Source: Thermoplasmata archaeon
GTDB taxonomy: Archaea; Thermoplasmatota; Thermoplasmata; Lutacidiplasmatales; UBA184
DNA: 64,000 nucleotides
Assembly (NCBI GenBank): GCA_035504395.1
Contig: DATJRX010000028.1
Location: forward strand, 20,717-84,716
Reading direction: 5' to 3'
Part shown: positions 49,880 to 60,447 of the stretch, in pieces
Numbering within the stretch: position 1 is the stretch's first letter
Layout: the number at the start of each line of letters is the position of its first letter
Position numbers and translations under genes: made by a program
The notes under the pieces: model-generated
The model's input: only the letters and a program-made list of their open reading frames with translations
Database searches by the model: none
What the model was told of the DNA's origin: nothing

Positions 49880-50221
49880 GTGAGCGGAGGCCCCCCTCTC
49901 CCTCCGTCGCGCCGCCGGCGGAGGCCGCCCGAGGCGCCGCGGTCGAACGCGGCGATCCCGGTTGCCGTCGTCATGGTGGCGATCGGGCTCTATCTCGGAA
50001 CCTACACGATTCTGATCACCGCCCTCCTCGGGCTCGTGCTCCTCGTCTCGGCGGGCTCGCTGCTGTCGACGCGGCTCAACCCGCTCAGCGCGGGCTACTA
50101 CCTCACCCGGAAGCCGTCGTTCGCCGCCATCGGGATCGTCTTCCTGGGCGCGCTCGTGCTGTTCGGGGGCGCCTACCTGATCTGGACGCAGCACGCCGGT
50201 CCGGTCGTCCCGCACTTCTAG
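49880..50221 (+). CDS. Small membrane protein (3 TM helices)
   Basis: GTG start. A basic N-terminus is followed by IPVAVVMVAIGLYLGTYTILITALLGLVLLVSAGSLL and FAAIGIVFLGALVLFGGAYLIW. GC drops locally in the TM-coding part. Confidence 0.5.
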   Translation: MSGGPPLPPSRRRRRPPEAPRSNAAIPVAVVMVAIGLYLGTYTILITALLGLVLLVSAGSLLSTRLNPLSAGYYLTRKPSFAAIGIVFLGALVLFGGAYLIWTQHAGPVVPHF

Positions 50222-50230
50222 GGCGCGGGC

Positions 50231-51136
<906 letters not shown>

Positions 51137-51155
51137 GGCCCCTCCCGGGAGCGTT

Positions 51156-52049
51156 CTAGGAACGCGGCCGACTTAAGCGGGCGGGGCGGACCTCGAGATG
51201 GAACGGCAGCGCCGCGGCCGAATGGGTGAGCGACCCCAGGCTGACCGCGTCCGCCCCGACGCGACGGTACCGCCCGACGTTCTCGGGGGTGATCCCGCCG
51301 GAGAGCTCGATCCACCGGCCGCGGCGGAGCCCCGCGGCCCCGAGCGCGCGGACGATCGCCCGGGCCCGCGCCGGCGGCGCGTTGTCGATCAGCAGGGCGT
51401 CGGCGCCGGCCCGCGCGGCCCGGACCGCCTCCCGGGCGGTGCGGACCTCGACCTCGATGCGCTCGGCCCCGCGCCGCGCGGACCGGGCGCGCGCGACCGC
51501 CACCGGGAGCGGCGCGAAAGCGAGGTGGTTCGATTTCACGAGGATCCCGTCCGAGAGATCGCGGCGGTGCGGGCGGCCGCCGCCGTCGACGACCGCGGCC
51601 TTCTCCAGGTCGCGGAGGCCGGGGAGCGTCTTCCGCGTCGCCCAGACCTCGAGCCTCGGGCGCGCGCCGCGCACCGCCCGCACCGCGCGGTCGGTCGCGG
51701 TCGCCACGCCGCTCGCGTGCATCACGACGTTGAGGATGGTTCGCTCCGCCGCGAGCAGCGACCGGGCCGGTCCCGAGACCGAGAGGACCGCGTCGCCCGG
51801 CCGCACGCGCGCGCCGTCGGGGACCCGGCGGCGGACCCGAAGGCCCGCGGCGCGTGCGACGGCCGCACCGACCGCCCCGCCCGAGAGCACGCCGGCGGCC
51901 TGCGCCACCACGCGACCCTCCGCCCGCGCCGTCGCCGGGACGACCGCGCGGCCGGTCCGGTCGGCCCGGTAGCGGTCCTCGCGGAGGGCACGACGGGCGA
52001 GCTCGGCGGACCCCGCCGGCGCCCGGGGACGGTCACCCCGACGCGGCAC
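51156..52049 (-). CDS. nadC: Nicotinate-nucleotide pyrophosphorylase (quinolinate phosphoribosyltransferase)
   Basis: Motifs are LAAERTILNVVMHASGVAT, ATRKTLPGLRDLEKAAVVDGGG..HR..L.D.ILVKSNH, LLIDN and LSGGIT. The GTG 52049 start is uncertain and overlaps the upstream gene by 17 nt. Confidence 0.85.
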   Translation of the reverse strand: MPRRGDRPRAPAGSAELARRALREDRYRADRTGRAVVPATARAEGRVVAQAAGVLSGGAVGAAVARAAGLRVRRRVPDGARVRPGDAVLSVSGPARSLLAAERTILNVVMHASGVATATDRAVRAVRGARPRLEVWATRKTLPGLRDLEKAAVVDGGGRPHRRDLSDGILVKSNHLAFAPLPVAVARARSARRGAERIEVEVRTAREAVRAARAGADALLIDNAPPARARAIVRALGAAGLRRGRWIELSGGITPENVGRYRRVGADAVSLGSLTHSAAALPFHLEVRPARLSRPRS

Positions 52050-54438
52050 GCTCCGCGGGCTCCTTCGCCTCGACCGCGCTCTTCAGCCGGTGGAAGTCGG
52101 CGGCGATGTCGGGGCGCAGCTGGGGGAGGTTCTGCCGCTCGAGCTCGGCGACCCGGCGCCGGGCGCTCGCCCGGTCGCCCCGGGCGTAGGAGAGCTGGGC
52201 GAGCCGCAGGACCACGTCGACCTCGTCGGCCGGCGCCTTCAGCTCGCGGACGAGCCGGTAGGCGTCGAGCAGGTCCGCCTCCGCGCGGTCGTACTCGCCG
52301 CGGTCGAGCCCGATCTTGCCCTGGACGATGAGGGACTGCACGAGGCCGAAACGGTCGCCGATCCGCTCGAGGATCTCCCGGGACCGGACGTTGCGCTCGG
52401 ACGCCTCGTCGAGCCGTCCGGTCTCGCGCAGGATGTCGGCGACGTTGAACAGCGCCCAGCCGACGCGGCGGACGTCGTGGGCCTTCTCGGCGAGCCGGAT
52501 CGCCTCCTGGAACTCGGCGATCGACTCCGCGTAGCGCGGCGAGACCGCCCCGGACCCCGCGATGAGGACGCCGAGGAACAGGTGCGCATGGGCCGCCTCC
52601 CGCGCGTCGCCGAGCCGCTCGAGCGTGCGCGCCGCCTCGCGCGCCTCCGCGAACGCCCCCTCGCTGCGGCCCATCATCGCGAGGACGTTGGCCCGCCAGA
52701 TGCGGGCCGAGGCGGTCGCGCGCTCGTCGCCCTGCTCTTCCGCGAGGCGGCGGAGCTCGTCGTTCTCCTTGAGCGCCTCGTCGTAGCGCCCCATGTAGTA
52801 CAGCGCCTCGCCGAGGAGGCGGCGCCCGTTCATCTGGGCGCGCGGATGGCCGGCGAGGTCGACCGAGTCGAGCACGGTGCGGGCGGTCCGCTCGGCGTCC
52901 CGCCACTCGCCCTGGTCGGTCAGGATGCGGGCGAGGTAGAGGTCGAGCAGCGCGAGGACGTGCGGCGAGAGGCGGCGGCGCAGGCCGCGGCGCGCCCGGT
53001 GCTCCCGCAGGAGCGCCTCGGCCTGCTTCAGCTCGCCCTGATGGTCGATCTGGCGCGCGAGCTCGATCACGATCTCGGTCTCGTCGTCCCAGCTATCCGG
53101 ATGGAGCCGACGCTGGCTCTCGAGCGCCCGCTCGAGGTGCGCGCGCGCGACCTCGGGGGAGAACGACTGGACCGCGATGTCCGCGGCCTCGCGATTGAAG
53201 GCGACCGACTTCTCGTCGACGCGGGCGAGGTAGTAGTGGCGCGCGAGCGCGTAGATCGTGAGGAGGTCGCGGCGCCCCTCCGCCTCGAGCGCCTCGGCGG
53301 CGTGGCGGTGGAGGAGCCGGCGGCGGCTCTCGCTCAGGTGGTCGTAGATCTCGGAGCGGCGGCGGTCGTCGGGGAACGCGAGGAGCTCGCCCGGCCGCTC
53401 GATGAGCCAGCCGCCCGCGACCAGCCGGTCGAGGGTCTCGGTGAGCGGTTCCTCCTCCTCGCCGCTCGCGCGCAGGAGGGCGCCGAAGCCGAACTCGGTG
53501 CCGAGCACCGCGGCGACCGACAGCGCGCGCTGCTCGTCGTCGGGGAGCTGGGCGAACTGCACGATCGTCGGCCCCGAGCTCGGGGGCAGCGCCTCGCGGG
53601 ACCCCGAGAGCCTCCGCTCGAGCTGCTCCAGGAGCAAGGGGTTCCCGCCGGTCTCCGAGTGGCGGCGCGCGACCTCCTCGGCCGAGAGCGTGCGGTCCGG
53701 TTCGTGCCGATGCAGGAACTCGGCGACCTCGCTCGACGTGAACGGGCGGACGACGATCCGTTGGGCGTGCGTCGTCGCCTCGACCGCCTCGAGCCGCGCG
53801 CGGCGGTCGTCGGGGAGGCTCGCGTACGGGCGCGCGGTGGCGAGGATCCAGAGGGGGCGGTCCTGCAGCTGGCGGGCGAGGTGCTCGACCGCCTCGAGCG
53901 ACGACTCGTCCGCCCGGTGGAGGTCCTCGAGCACGAGGACGGTCGGGCCGCGGCGCGTGAAGGCCAGGAACTGCTCCGCGATCCCGCTCCAGAGCGGGTC
54001 GCGGATCGCGTCCCCGCGCTCGTCGGCCTCCCCGAGCGCGTCGAGCAGGCGCTCCTCGATGCGGACCGGCGACCCCATCCCGCTGTCGTCGAGCCGCGGG
54101 GCGAACCCGATGAGGAACCCCTCCGGCCCGGCCCCGCCCGGGACCATCGGGCCGGACGGATCGTCGTACGAGCGGCCGCTCTCGAGCGCCGAGCGGATCA
54201 GCACGAACGGGGGCGGGGCGTCGAGCGGCGGCGCGCGGCCCTCGAGGACCCGGACGCCGCGGGCGCGGACGTCGCGGACGAGCTCCTGCACCAGGATCGT
54301 CTTCCCGACCCCCGTGTCGCCGAGGAGCAGGGTGACCCCCCCGTGGCCCGCGCGCGCGTCCTCGAACCGGCGGTGGAGCGCCTCCACCGCCTCCAGCCGG
54401 CCGACGAACGGTCGGTCGTTCCCGGCATCGACCGCCAT
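52033..54438 (-). CDS. STAND-type P-loop NTPase (AAA_16-like) fused to a long TPR array
   Basis: 801 aa. The N-terminus is FVGRLEAVEAL...VTLLLGDTGVGKTILV (Walker A), followed by VLVLEDLHRADESS (Walker B). The C-terminal ~400 aa are TPR-like (repeated A...Y/L..A.......G....A). No recognisable effector or DNA-binding domain. Confidence 0.75.
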   Translation of the reverse strand: MAVDAGNDRPFVGRLEAVEALHRRFEDARAGHGGVTLLLGDTGVGKTILVQELVRDVRARGVRVLEGRAPPLDAPPPFVLIRSALESGRSYDDPSGPMVPGGAGPEGFLIGFAPRLDDSGMGSPVRIEERLLDALGEADERGDAIRDPLWSGIAEQFLAFTRRGPTVLVLEDLHRADESSLEAVEHLARQLQDRPLWILATARPYASLPDDRRARLEAVEATTHAQRIVVRPFTSSEVAEFLHRHEPDRTLSAEEVARRHSETGGNPLLLEQLERRLSGSREALPPSSGPTIVQFAQLPDDEQRALSVAAVLGTEFGFGALLRASGEEEEPLTETLDRLVAGGWLIERPGELLAFPDDRRRSEIYDHLSESRRRLLHRHAAEALEAEGRRDLLTIYALARHYYLARVDEKSVAFNREAADIAVQSFSPEVARAHLERALESQRRLHPDSWDDETEIVIELARQIDHQGELKQAEALLREHRARRGLRRRLSPHVLALLDLYLARILTDQGEWRDAERTARTVLDSVDLAGHPRAQMNGRRLLGEALYYMGRYDEALKENDELRRLAEEQGDERATASARIWRANVLAMMGRSEGAFAEAREAARTLERLGDAREAAHAHLFLGVLIAGSGAVSPRYAESIAEFQEAIRLAEKAHDVRRVGWALFNVADILRETGRLDEASERNVRSREILERIGDRFGLVQSLIVQGKIGLDRGEYDRAEADLLDAYRLVRELKAPADEVDVVLRLAQLSYARGDRASARRRVAELERQNLPQLRPDIAADFHRLKSAVEAKEPAERAASG

Positions 54439-54468
54439 GACGGGACGCGTATGGGTCGGCCTGCCTAT

Positions 54469-55659
54469 TTACGGTCGCTTGCGCGGGGCGGCCACGAACG
54501 GGAGCGGCACGACGCGCGCCGGGACCTCGCGCCCCCGGATCTCGAGCGCCACCGCCGTGCCCGGGACCGCGAGCGCGCGGGGCAGGTACGCGAGCCCGAT
54601 CCCGTGCCCGAGCCCGGGCGAGACCCCGCCGCTGGTCAGCTCGGTCACGACCGCCCCGTCGACCCGGACCGGCGTGCCGTGCCGCGGGATCGCGCCGGGC
54701 GTCTCGACCGCGAGGCCGACCAGCCGCGCCGCGGGGCCGTCGGCGCGCTCCTTTTCCAGCGCGGGGCGTCCCACGAACGGGTGGTCGAACTCCACGAACT
54801 TCTCCTGCCCCGCCTCGAGCGGGGTCCGGTCCCGGTGGAACTCCTGGCCCGAGAGCAGGAACCCCTTCTCGAGCCGCAGCGTGTCGCGCGCGCCGAGGCC
54901 GCAGGGGACCGCGCCGGCCGCGACGATCTCCTCGGCCCAAGCGTCGGCGTCCGCGGCGGGGAGGAGGACCTCGTAGCCGAGCTCGCCCGTGTACCCCGTC
55001 CGGCTGACGAGCCGCTCGCGCTCGAGGTCCTCCGGGATCGCGCCGCCGATCCGGCCCGCGCGCTCGCCCTCCCCGGGCCGCTTCGGGTACCAGCGGGCGT
55101 GGTAGAACCCGAGCCCGCCGAGGTCCCAGCCGCACCGGCGCTCGAGGAGCTCGCGCGCGCCGGGCCCCTGGACCGCGAGGAGCGCGAGCCCGGGGTTCCA
55201 GCGACGGATCGTCGCGTCGGGGGGGCGGTGGTGCCGGAGGATCAGCTCGATCTCGTCCGCCCGTCCGGCGTTCGGGACCACGAAGAACGATCGCGCGGGC
55301 GCATCGCCGGCGTCGAGGCGGGCGATGAGGAGGTCGTCGACGATGCGGCCGCTCGCCTCGAGGAAGAACGTGTAGCGGACCTGGCCCGGCGCCTCCCGCT
55401 CGATGTTCGCGGTCGTCCGTCGCGCGAGGAGGGTCGCGGCGTGCGGGCCCACGACCGTGAGGAGGCCCATGTGGGAGACGTCGAACAGGCCGACCCCGGT
55501 GCGGACGGCCCGGTGCTCGGCGAGGATGCTCGTGTAGTAGAGGGGCATCTCCCAGCCCGAGAACGGGACCATGTGGCCGCCGTGGCGCACGTGGAAGTCG
55601 TAGAGGGCCGTGCGGCGGAGCTCCGTCGCCGCCGGCGCGGCCGGCGCGCTCGCGCTCAC
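54469..55659 (-). CDS. gcvT: Glycine cleavage system T protein (aminomethyltransferase)
   Basis: In-frame GTG 55659 forms a GTGA overlap with the purP stop. Motifs are RTALYDFHVRHGGHMVPFSGWEMPLYY, GLFDVSHMG, SRTGYTGELGYE and ARDTLRLE. Confidence 0.85.
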   Translation of the reverse strand: MSASAPAAPAATELRRTALYDFHVRHGGHMVPFSGWEMPLYYTSILAEHRAVRTGVGLFDVSHMGLLTVVGPHAATLLARRTTANIEREAPGQVRYTFFLEASGRIVDDLLIARLDAGDAPARSFFVVPNAGRADEIELILRHHRPPDATIRRWNPGLALLAVQGPGARELLERRCGWDLGGLGFYHARWYPKRPGEGERAGRIGGAIPEDLERERLVSRTGYTGELGYEVLLPAADADAWAEEIVAAGAVPCGLGARDTLRLEKGFLLSGQEFHRDRTPLEAGQEKFVEFDHPFVGRPALEKERADGPAARLVGLAVETPGAIPRHGTPVRVDGAVVTELTSGGVSPGLGHGIGLAYLPRALAVPGTAVALEIRGREVPARVVPLPFVAAPRKRP

Positions 55660-56813
55660 GAGACGATCTCCTTGAGCCGCCCGTCGGCGACCGCGCGGCG
55701 GATCTCGAGCGCGATGCGCCGCCCCGTGCTCATCGGCGTGCGGTAGAGCGCGTTGCCGTACGGGTGCCCGAGCCCGAGGTGGACGTTCGTTCCGCCCCCG
55801 ATGCGGGCCGCGACATCGAAGACGGTGGGACGGCCGTCCGCGTCGAGGCACGTCTGCAGGCAGAACGCACCGAGGATCCCGGGAGGGTAGCGCGCGCGGC
55901 TCGCGTCGACGAACTTCTCCCCCAGCCGGAACACTTCCTCGAGGATCGACTCGCGGACCGTGAGCGTCCCGTGTCCGACGACCGTGTACAGGGGCAGCCG
56001 GTCGGCCTCGCCGAGCGAGAGCTGCTGCGCGGCCGGGAGACGGACGAGCCCGTCCAGGTTGCTCTCGCGCCGCTCGTCGACGCCGAGGAGCTCGAGCCCG
56101 TCGGAGCGCGGCACCAGCGGCGAGAAGAAGAAGTTGAAGTTGAACACCGGGCCGAGGACGTACTCCTCGATCCGGGCGGCCGCGAGGTCGGACTCGGCGA
56201 TCGTGCCCCGCGCGAGGAGCGTCGCGCGCTTCTCGCGGAACTCCGCGGGGCTCGCGGCGGTGAAGAACCCGCGCTCGAGCCGCCGGGTCGCGTGCGGCAG
56301 CTTCACGATCGCGAGCCGGTCGATCGCATCGGGGCCCGAGAACGCCCGGGGGATCGGGATCCCCGCCGCCGCGCAGAGCGAGTAGTAGTTCTCCCGCTCG
56401 CTCCGCTCCTCGATCCGGAGCATCGCGCGCGAACCGACGATCGGCACCCGGAAGCTCTCCTCGATCGTCGCGAGCGGCACGTAGGAGCTGAGCGCGCGGT
56501 TCGGGACGAGGAGGACGTTGTTCGCCCTCAGGCGCTCCTGGGACTCCGGGGCGGCGAGGTCCGCGAACTTCGCGTACTCCCAGACCTCGTCCACGCAGCC
56601 GCGCGTGCGCCGTCCGTCGGGGCCGCGCACGGTGCGGAAGTAGCGGGAGTACGTCGCGTCGCGCCCGCGCTGGGCGAGGACGAGGCTCGCGAGCCCCTCG
56701 GTCACGGCCCCGTCGGCGACATCGAGCGCCGAGTGGGAGCCGACCGTGCCGACGACCGGCGGGGCTCCGTAGTCGGCGAGGAGCCGGTGGACCTCGCCGA
56801 GGTCGAGCGGCAT
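55656..56813 (-). CDS. purP: FAICAR synthetase, archaeal formate-dependent (PurP)
   Basis: ATG 56813; the track start at 56831 is TTG. GSHSALDV...YFRT...NRALSSYV...IVKLPHA...EEYVLG..FNFNFFFSP...LLGVDERRESNLDG is the ATP-grasp PurP pattern (DUF1246/DUF1297). Confidence 0.85.
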   Translation of the reverse strand: MPLDLGEVHRLLADYGAPPVVGTVGSHSALDVADGAVTEGLASLVLAQRGRDATYSRYFRTVRGPDGRRTRGCVDEVWEYAKFADLAAPESQERLRANNVLLVPNRALSSYVPLATIEESFRVPIVGSRAMLRIEERSERENYYSLCAAAGIPIPRAFSGPDAIDRLAIVKLPHATRRLERGFFTAASPAEFREKRATLLARGTIAESDLAAARIEEYVLGPVFNFNFFFSPLVPRSDGLELLGVDERRESNLDGLVRLPAAQQLSLGEADRLPLYTVVGHGTLTVRESILEEVFRLGEKFVDASRARYPPGILGAFCLQTCLDADGRPTVFDVAARIGGGTNVHLGLGHPYGNALYRTPMSTGRRIALEIRRAVADGRLKEIVS

Positions 56814-56827
56814 GGTCGGGGGCACCC

Positions 56828-59029
56828 TCAAAGGAGTTTAAGCGTCCGGGCCACGCGCTCCGGCGTCAGCGGCAGGTCGGTCACGTGCGCCCCCGAGGCC
56901 TCGCGGACCGCGGCGGCGATCGTCGCGGGGACCGGGATGATCGGCGGCTCGCCGAGCCCCTTCGCGCCGAACGGTCCGCCGCCGGGGAACCCTTCCACGA
57001 ACGTCACCTCGGGGACCGGAACCTCTCCGAGCGTCGGGATCCGGTAGTCGAGCAGGTGGGGGTTCGTGAGCCGACCGTCGTCCGACCAGATCGCCTCCTC
57101 GGTCAGGGCGATCCCGAGCCCCATGGCGATCCCGCCCTCGATCTGGGCCTGCGCCGTGCCCGGGTCGATCACCGTCCCCGCGTCGTGGAACGCGGCGTAG
57201 CGGAGGACCCGCACCGTGCCCGTGTCCGGATCGACCGCGACCTTCGCGACGTGCGCCGCGCCGGTGAAGTCGACGTAGGGGTAGAAGGTCCCGTCGAGGA
57301 CGAGCGACTCGTCGATCGTCCCCGCGCGACCGTAGTGCCGGCCAGCGGCCACGATCCCCCCGTCCGCCTCGCCCGGGCCGAGCAGCGCGCGCACCGGCGT
57401 GCGCTGGCCCATGCGCACGACCGCGAGCTCCGCCCCCTCGACCTCGATCCCGATCGGGCCGCGTCCGCCGACCCGCTCCCCGAGGGTCGTGCGGAGGGCG
57501 TCGGCGGCCTCGACGATCGCCCGACCGAGGGCGCCGACGGTCCGGCTCCCGAAGACACCGGAATCGAACGGGGCGCGCGACGTGTCGGAGTACTCGACGC
57601 GGACGCGCCCCGGCGGCATCTCGAGCGCCCGCTCGGCGACCGCCGCGAGCCCCCGGAGCACGCTGCCCGACCCGATCTCGCGCTCGCCCTGCTCCACGAC
57701 CAGCTCCGTCGGGCCGAGCCGCAGCCGGACCTCGCCGCCCGCGCCGGTGTTCGTCGACCAGAACCCCATCCCGACGCCGACGCCCTCCCCGGGAGCGGCC
57801 TCCGCGCGCCAGCGCCGCGCGACCTCGCGCGCCCGGGCGAGCGCCGTCGCCAGGCCGAACTCCCGCACCGGCTGACCGAGCGGGGTCGCGTCGCCTTCCT
57901 GCCACAGGTGCGCCGCCCGGAACTCGACCGGGTCGATCCCGGCCACGCGCGCGACCTCGTCGAGGTGCGACTCGACCGCGAACGCGCACTGCGGGGCGAA
58001 GGGGGCGCGGTGCGGCCCGAACGGGGGCTTGTTCGTGCGCACACCGTACCCCTCGATCTCGAAGACGGGCGTCCGATAGGGGCCGAGGAGGAACCCGATC
58101 GAGTAGCCGGTGGCGAAGTCCCGGCCCGGGAGCGACGCGCCGACGTCGAGCAGGAGCTGGACGCGGCGCGCGACGATCCGGCCCCCGGTGACCGCCGTGG
58201 CGAGCCGTACGACCGACGGGAGCGTCGTGCGGCCGATCTCGAACTCGCCCCGGTAGTCGAGCGCGAGCCGGACCGGCCGCCCGGCCGCCCGCGCCAGCAA
58301 GAGGGCGAACGGCTCGAGCAGGGAGGCGCCCTTCCCGCCGAACCCGCCCCCGACCCAGGTGCCGTCCACGACCACGGACGCTTCCGGGATCCCGAGCAGC
58401 GACGCGACGTCCTCGCGGACGCCGAACGGGCTCTGGGTCGAGGTCGCGACATGCCAGACCCCGTCCGCGACCTCCGCGACGCAGGCGTGCGGCTCGAGCG
58501 CGACCTGATGGACGCTCGCGGTGCGGTACGTTTCCTGGACCACATGCTCCGCGGAGCGGAACGCGGCGTCGACGTCCCCGCGCCGGGCCCGCACGTGCGC
58601 GATCACGTGCGGCGAACGAGTCGCCTCGGCGCCGGGCCACTCGGGAAAGATCGATTCGATGTCGACGACGGCGGGCGCCGCGTCGACCTCGATGCGGACG
58701 GCCGCCGCCGCCCGGCGCGCGAGCGCGAGCGAGGGGGCCGCGACCGCCGCGACCGGCTGATGGCGATAGGCGATCTCCTCGACCGGGAACAGCGGGCGGT
58801 CGGCCCCGAGCGCCCCGCCGGGGACGAGCGAGCGAAGCTCCTCGCGGCCGACCGCGACGACCCCGGGCATCGCGCGGGCCGGGGCGAGATCGACGCCGCG
58901 CAGCGTCCCGTGGGCGACCGGCGCCCCAACGAGGACGCCCCACAGCATCCCCGGGACGTCGAGGTCCATGCCGAACTGGGCCGCCCCCGCGAGCTTCGCC
59001 GCGGCGTCCGGGCGCCGGGCGGCGCTCAC
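56828..59029 (-). CDS. Molybdopterin-dependent hydroxylase, large (Mo-binding) subunit (XDH/CoxL family)
   Basis: In-frame GTG 59029 forms a GTGA overlap with the small-subunit stop. Motifs are AKLAGAAQFGMDL, HQVALEPHA, GGGFGGKG and GLGEPPIIPV. The active-site loop reads GPHRAPFAPQ, which is XDH-like rather than CODH-like. Confidence 0.85.
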   Translation of the reverse strand: MSAARRPDAAAKLAGAAQFGMDLDVPGMLWGVLVGAPVAHGTLRGVDLAPARAMPGVVAVGREELRSLVPGGALGADRPLFPVEEIAYRHQPVAAVAAPSLALARRAAAAVRIEVDAAPAVVDIESIFPEWPGAEATRSPHVIAHVRARRGDVDAAFRSAEHVVQETYRTASVHQVALEPHACVAEVADGVWHVATSTQSPFGVREDVASLLGIPEASVVVDGTWVGGGFGGKGASLLEPFALLLARAAGRPVRLALDYRGEFEIGRTTLPSVVRLATAVTGGRIVARRVQLLLDVGASLPGRDFATGYSIGFLLGPYRTPVFEIEGYGVRTNKPPFGPHRAPFAPQCAFAVESHLDEVARVAGIDPVEFRAAHLWQEGDATPLGQPVREFGLATALARAREVARRWRAEAAPGEGVGVGMGFWSTNTGAGGEVRLRLGPTELVVEQGEREIGSGSVLRGLAAVAERALEMPPGRVRVEYSDTSRAPFDSGVFGSRTVGALGRAIVEAADALRTTLGERVGGRGPIGIEVEGAELAVVRMGQRTPVRALLGPGEADGGIVAAGRHYGRAGTIDESLVLDGTFYPYVDFTGAAHVAKVAVDPDTGTVRVLRYAAFHDAGTVIDPGTAQAQIEGGIAMGLGIALTEEAIWSDDGRLTNPHLLDYRIPTLGEVPVPEVTFVEGFPGGGPFGAKGLGEPPIIPVPATIAAAVREASGAHVTDLPLTPERVARTLKLL

Positions 59030-59502
59030 CGGGGCACCTCGTGGAGCCGCTCGACGGCGCGGACGATCGCCGCGTATCCCGTGCATCGGCACAGGTTCCC
59101 CTGCAGGTCCTCGAGGAGCGCTTCGGGTGGCGCATCGAAGCCGCGCTCCTTGAGGAGGCCGGCCAGCGCAAGGACGAACCCGGGCGTGCAGTACCCGCAC
59201 TGGAGGGCTCCGGCCGCCTCGAACGCGCGCCGGGCGCGATCGATCTCGGGGTCCGGCTCCGACCCCTCGATGGTGCGCACCGATGCACCGGCCACGTCCT
59301 GGGCGAGCGTCAGACAGGAGAGCACGCTCCGGCCGTCGACGAGCACCGTGCAGGCGCCGCAGTCGCCGGTGCGGCAGCCCTCCTTCGTCCCCTTCAGTCC
59401 GAGGCGCCAGCGCAGGGTATCGAGGAGGCGCTCGTCGTCCGGGACGTCGCCGAGGGGGACGGGGGAGCCGTTGACCAGGATCCGCGCCCCCGGGTCGCTC
59501 AC
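59026..59502 (-). CDS. Mo-hydroxylase small subunit, 2x[2Fe-2S]
   Basis: In-frame GTG 59502 (GTGA overlap). Motifs are GCRTGDCGACTVLVDG..V.SC and QCGYCTPGF...LCRCTGY. Confidence 0.85.
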   Translation of the reverse strand: MSDPGARILVNGSPVPLGDVPDDERLLDTLRWRLGLKGTKEGCRTGDCGACTVLVDGRSVLSCLTLAQDVAGASVRTIEGSEPDPEIDRARRAFEAAGALQCGYCTPGFVLALAGLLKERGFDAPPEALLEDLQGNLCRCTGYAAIVRAVERLHEVPR

Positions 59503-60344
59503 GGATGGCCTCCCGGTGCCGCCGAGGCCACGGCCCGGCGGAGCAACGTGCCGACGAGGCTCCGGCGGTACTCCTCCGAGGCCCGGCGGTCCGCGACGAT
59601 CGCGACCTCGCGCGTCGCCCGCTCGGCGGCGCGCTCGATCTCCGTCGCACCGGGCGCGCCGCGGCCGAGGGCCGCCGCGACGTCCGGAAGGAGGCTCGGG
59701 CGCGGGGGGATCCCGCCGATCGCCACGCGCCAGCCCCCGTCCGCCGGACGGAGCGCGACCGCGATCGCGAGCTGCGAGATGTCGTTCGCCGGTCGGACCC
59801 GCTGCCAGCGGTACGCGGACACGGGCGCCTCGGGGATCCGCACGGATCGGATCAGCTCGTGCGGACCGAGCTCGGTGCGCCGCGACGCGCGCACGAACCG
59901 ATCGACCGACATCCGCCGCGGGCCGTCGGGGCCGACGAGGTCGACCTCCGCGTCGAGGGCGAGGAGGACCGGGATGAGGTCGGACGACGGCGCGGAACGT
60001 CCGAGGTTGCCACCGAGGGTGGCCCGGTGCCGCAGCGCGACCGACCCCACCGCCCGGACCGCCTGCCACAGCCCCGGGATCCGCCGCCGGACCTCGGGGT
60101 CGTTCTCGACGGCGCGCAGCGGCAGGGTGCTGCCGATCGAGAGCGATCCGTCGGCCCAGTCGAGGGTCTTCCAGGGCAGTCGTCGGAGCGAGACGACCCG
60201 TCGCGGCGCCGCTCGGCCGTCGTCGAGGTCGAGGAGCAGGTCGGTCCCGCCCGCGAGCACGCCGACCGCCCCGGGCTCCTCCGTCCGGAGCGCCGCGATC
60301 ACCCCGTCGACCGAGCTCGGCGCGACGAGCTCGAACGCGGCCAC
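59499..60344 (-). CDS. Mo-hydroxylase medium subunit, FAD-binding (CoxM/XdhB-like)
   Basis: GTG start at 60344. Motifs are LAGGTDLLLDL and ATLGGNLG, with a CO-dehydrogenase-flavoprotein-like C-terminal domain. Confidence 0.8.
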   Translation of the reverse strand: MAAFELVAPSSVDGVIAALRTEEPGAVGVLAGGTDLLLDLDDGRAAPRRVVSLRRLPWKTLDWADGSLSIGSTLPLRAVENDPEVRRRIPGLWQAVRAVGSVALRHRATLGGNLGRSAPSSDLIPVLLALDAEVDLVGPDGPRRMSVDRFVRASRRTELGPHELIRSVRIPEAPVSAYRWQRVRPANDISQLAIAVALRPADGGWRVAIGGIPPRPSLLPDVAAALGRGAPGATEIERAAERATREVAIVADRRASEEYRRSLVGTLLRRAVASAAPGGHP

Positions 60345-60447
60345 GGAGCGCGACCCCCACGCGGGCCCTTATCGGTTCTCCGGCCTCCCGGGCGCTCCCG
60401 GCAACCTGCCGGTTTATCTCTTGGGACGGTTTTGGCAGCGCGTCGGC

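Noticed and set aside
52090-55746. 1218-aa plus-strand ORF
   Set aside because: It is antisense to the STAND-TPR gene and gcvT. It is rich in Arg/Glu/Asp/Pro/Gly with no motifs.
56828-60344. The M-S-L Mo-hydroxylase operon as an aerobic CO dehydrogenase
   Set aside because: The gene order matches coxMSL. However, the large-subunit active-site loop reads GPHRAPFAPQ, not the AYRCSFR (form I) or AYRGAGR (form II) signature. A generic XDH-family hydroxylase is the safer call.
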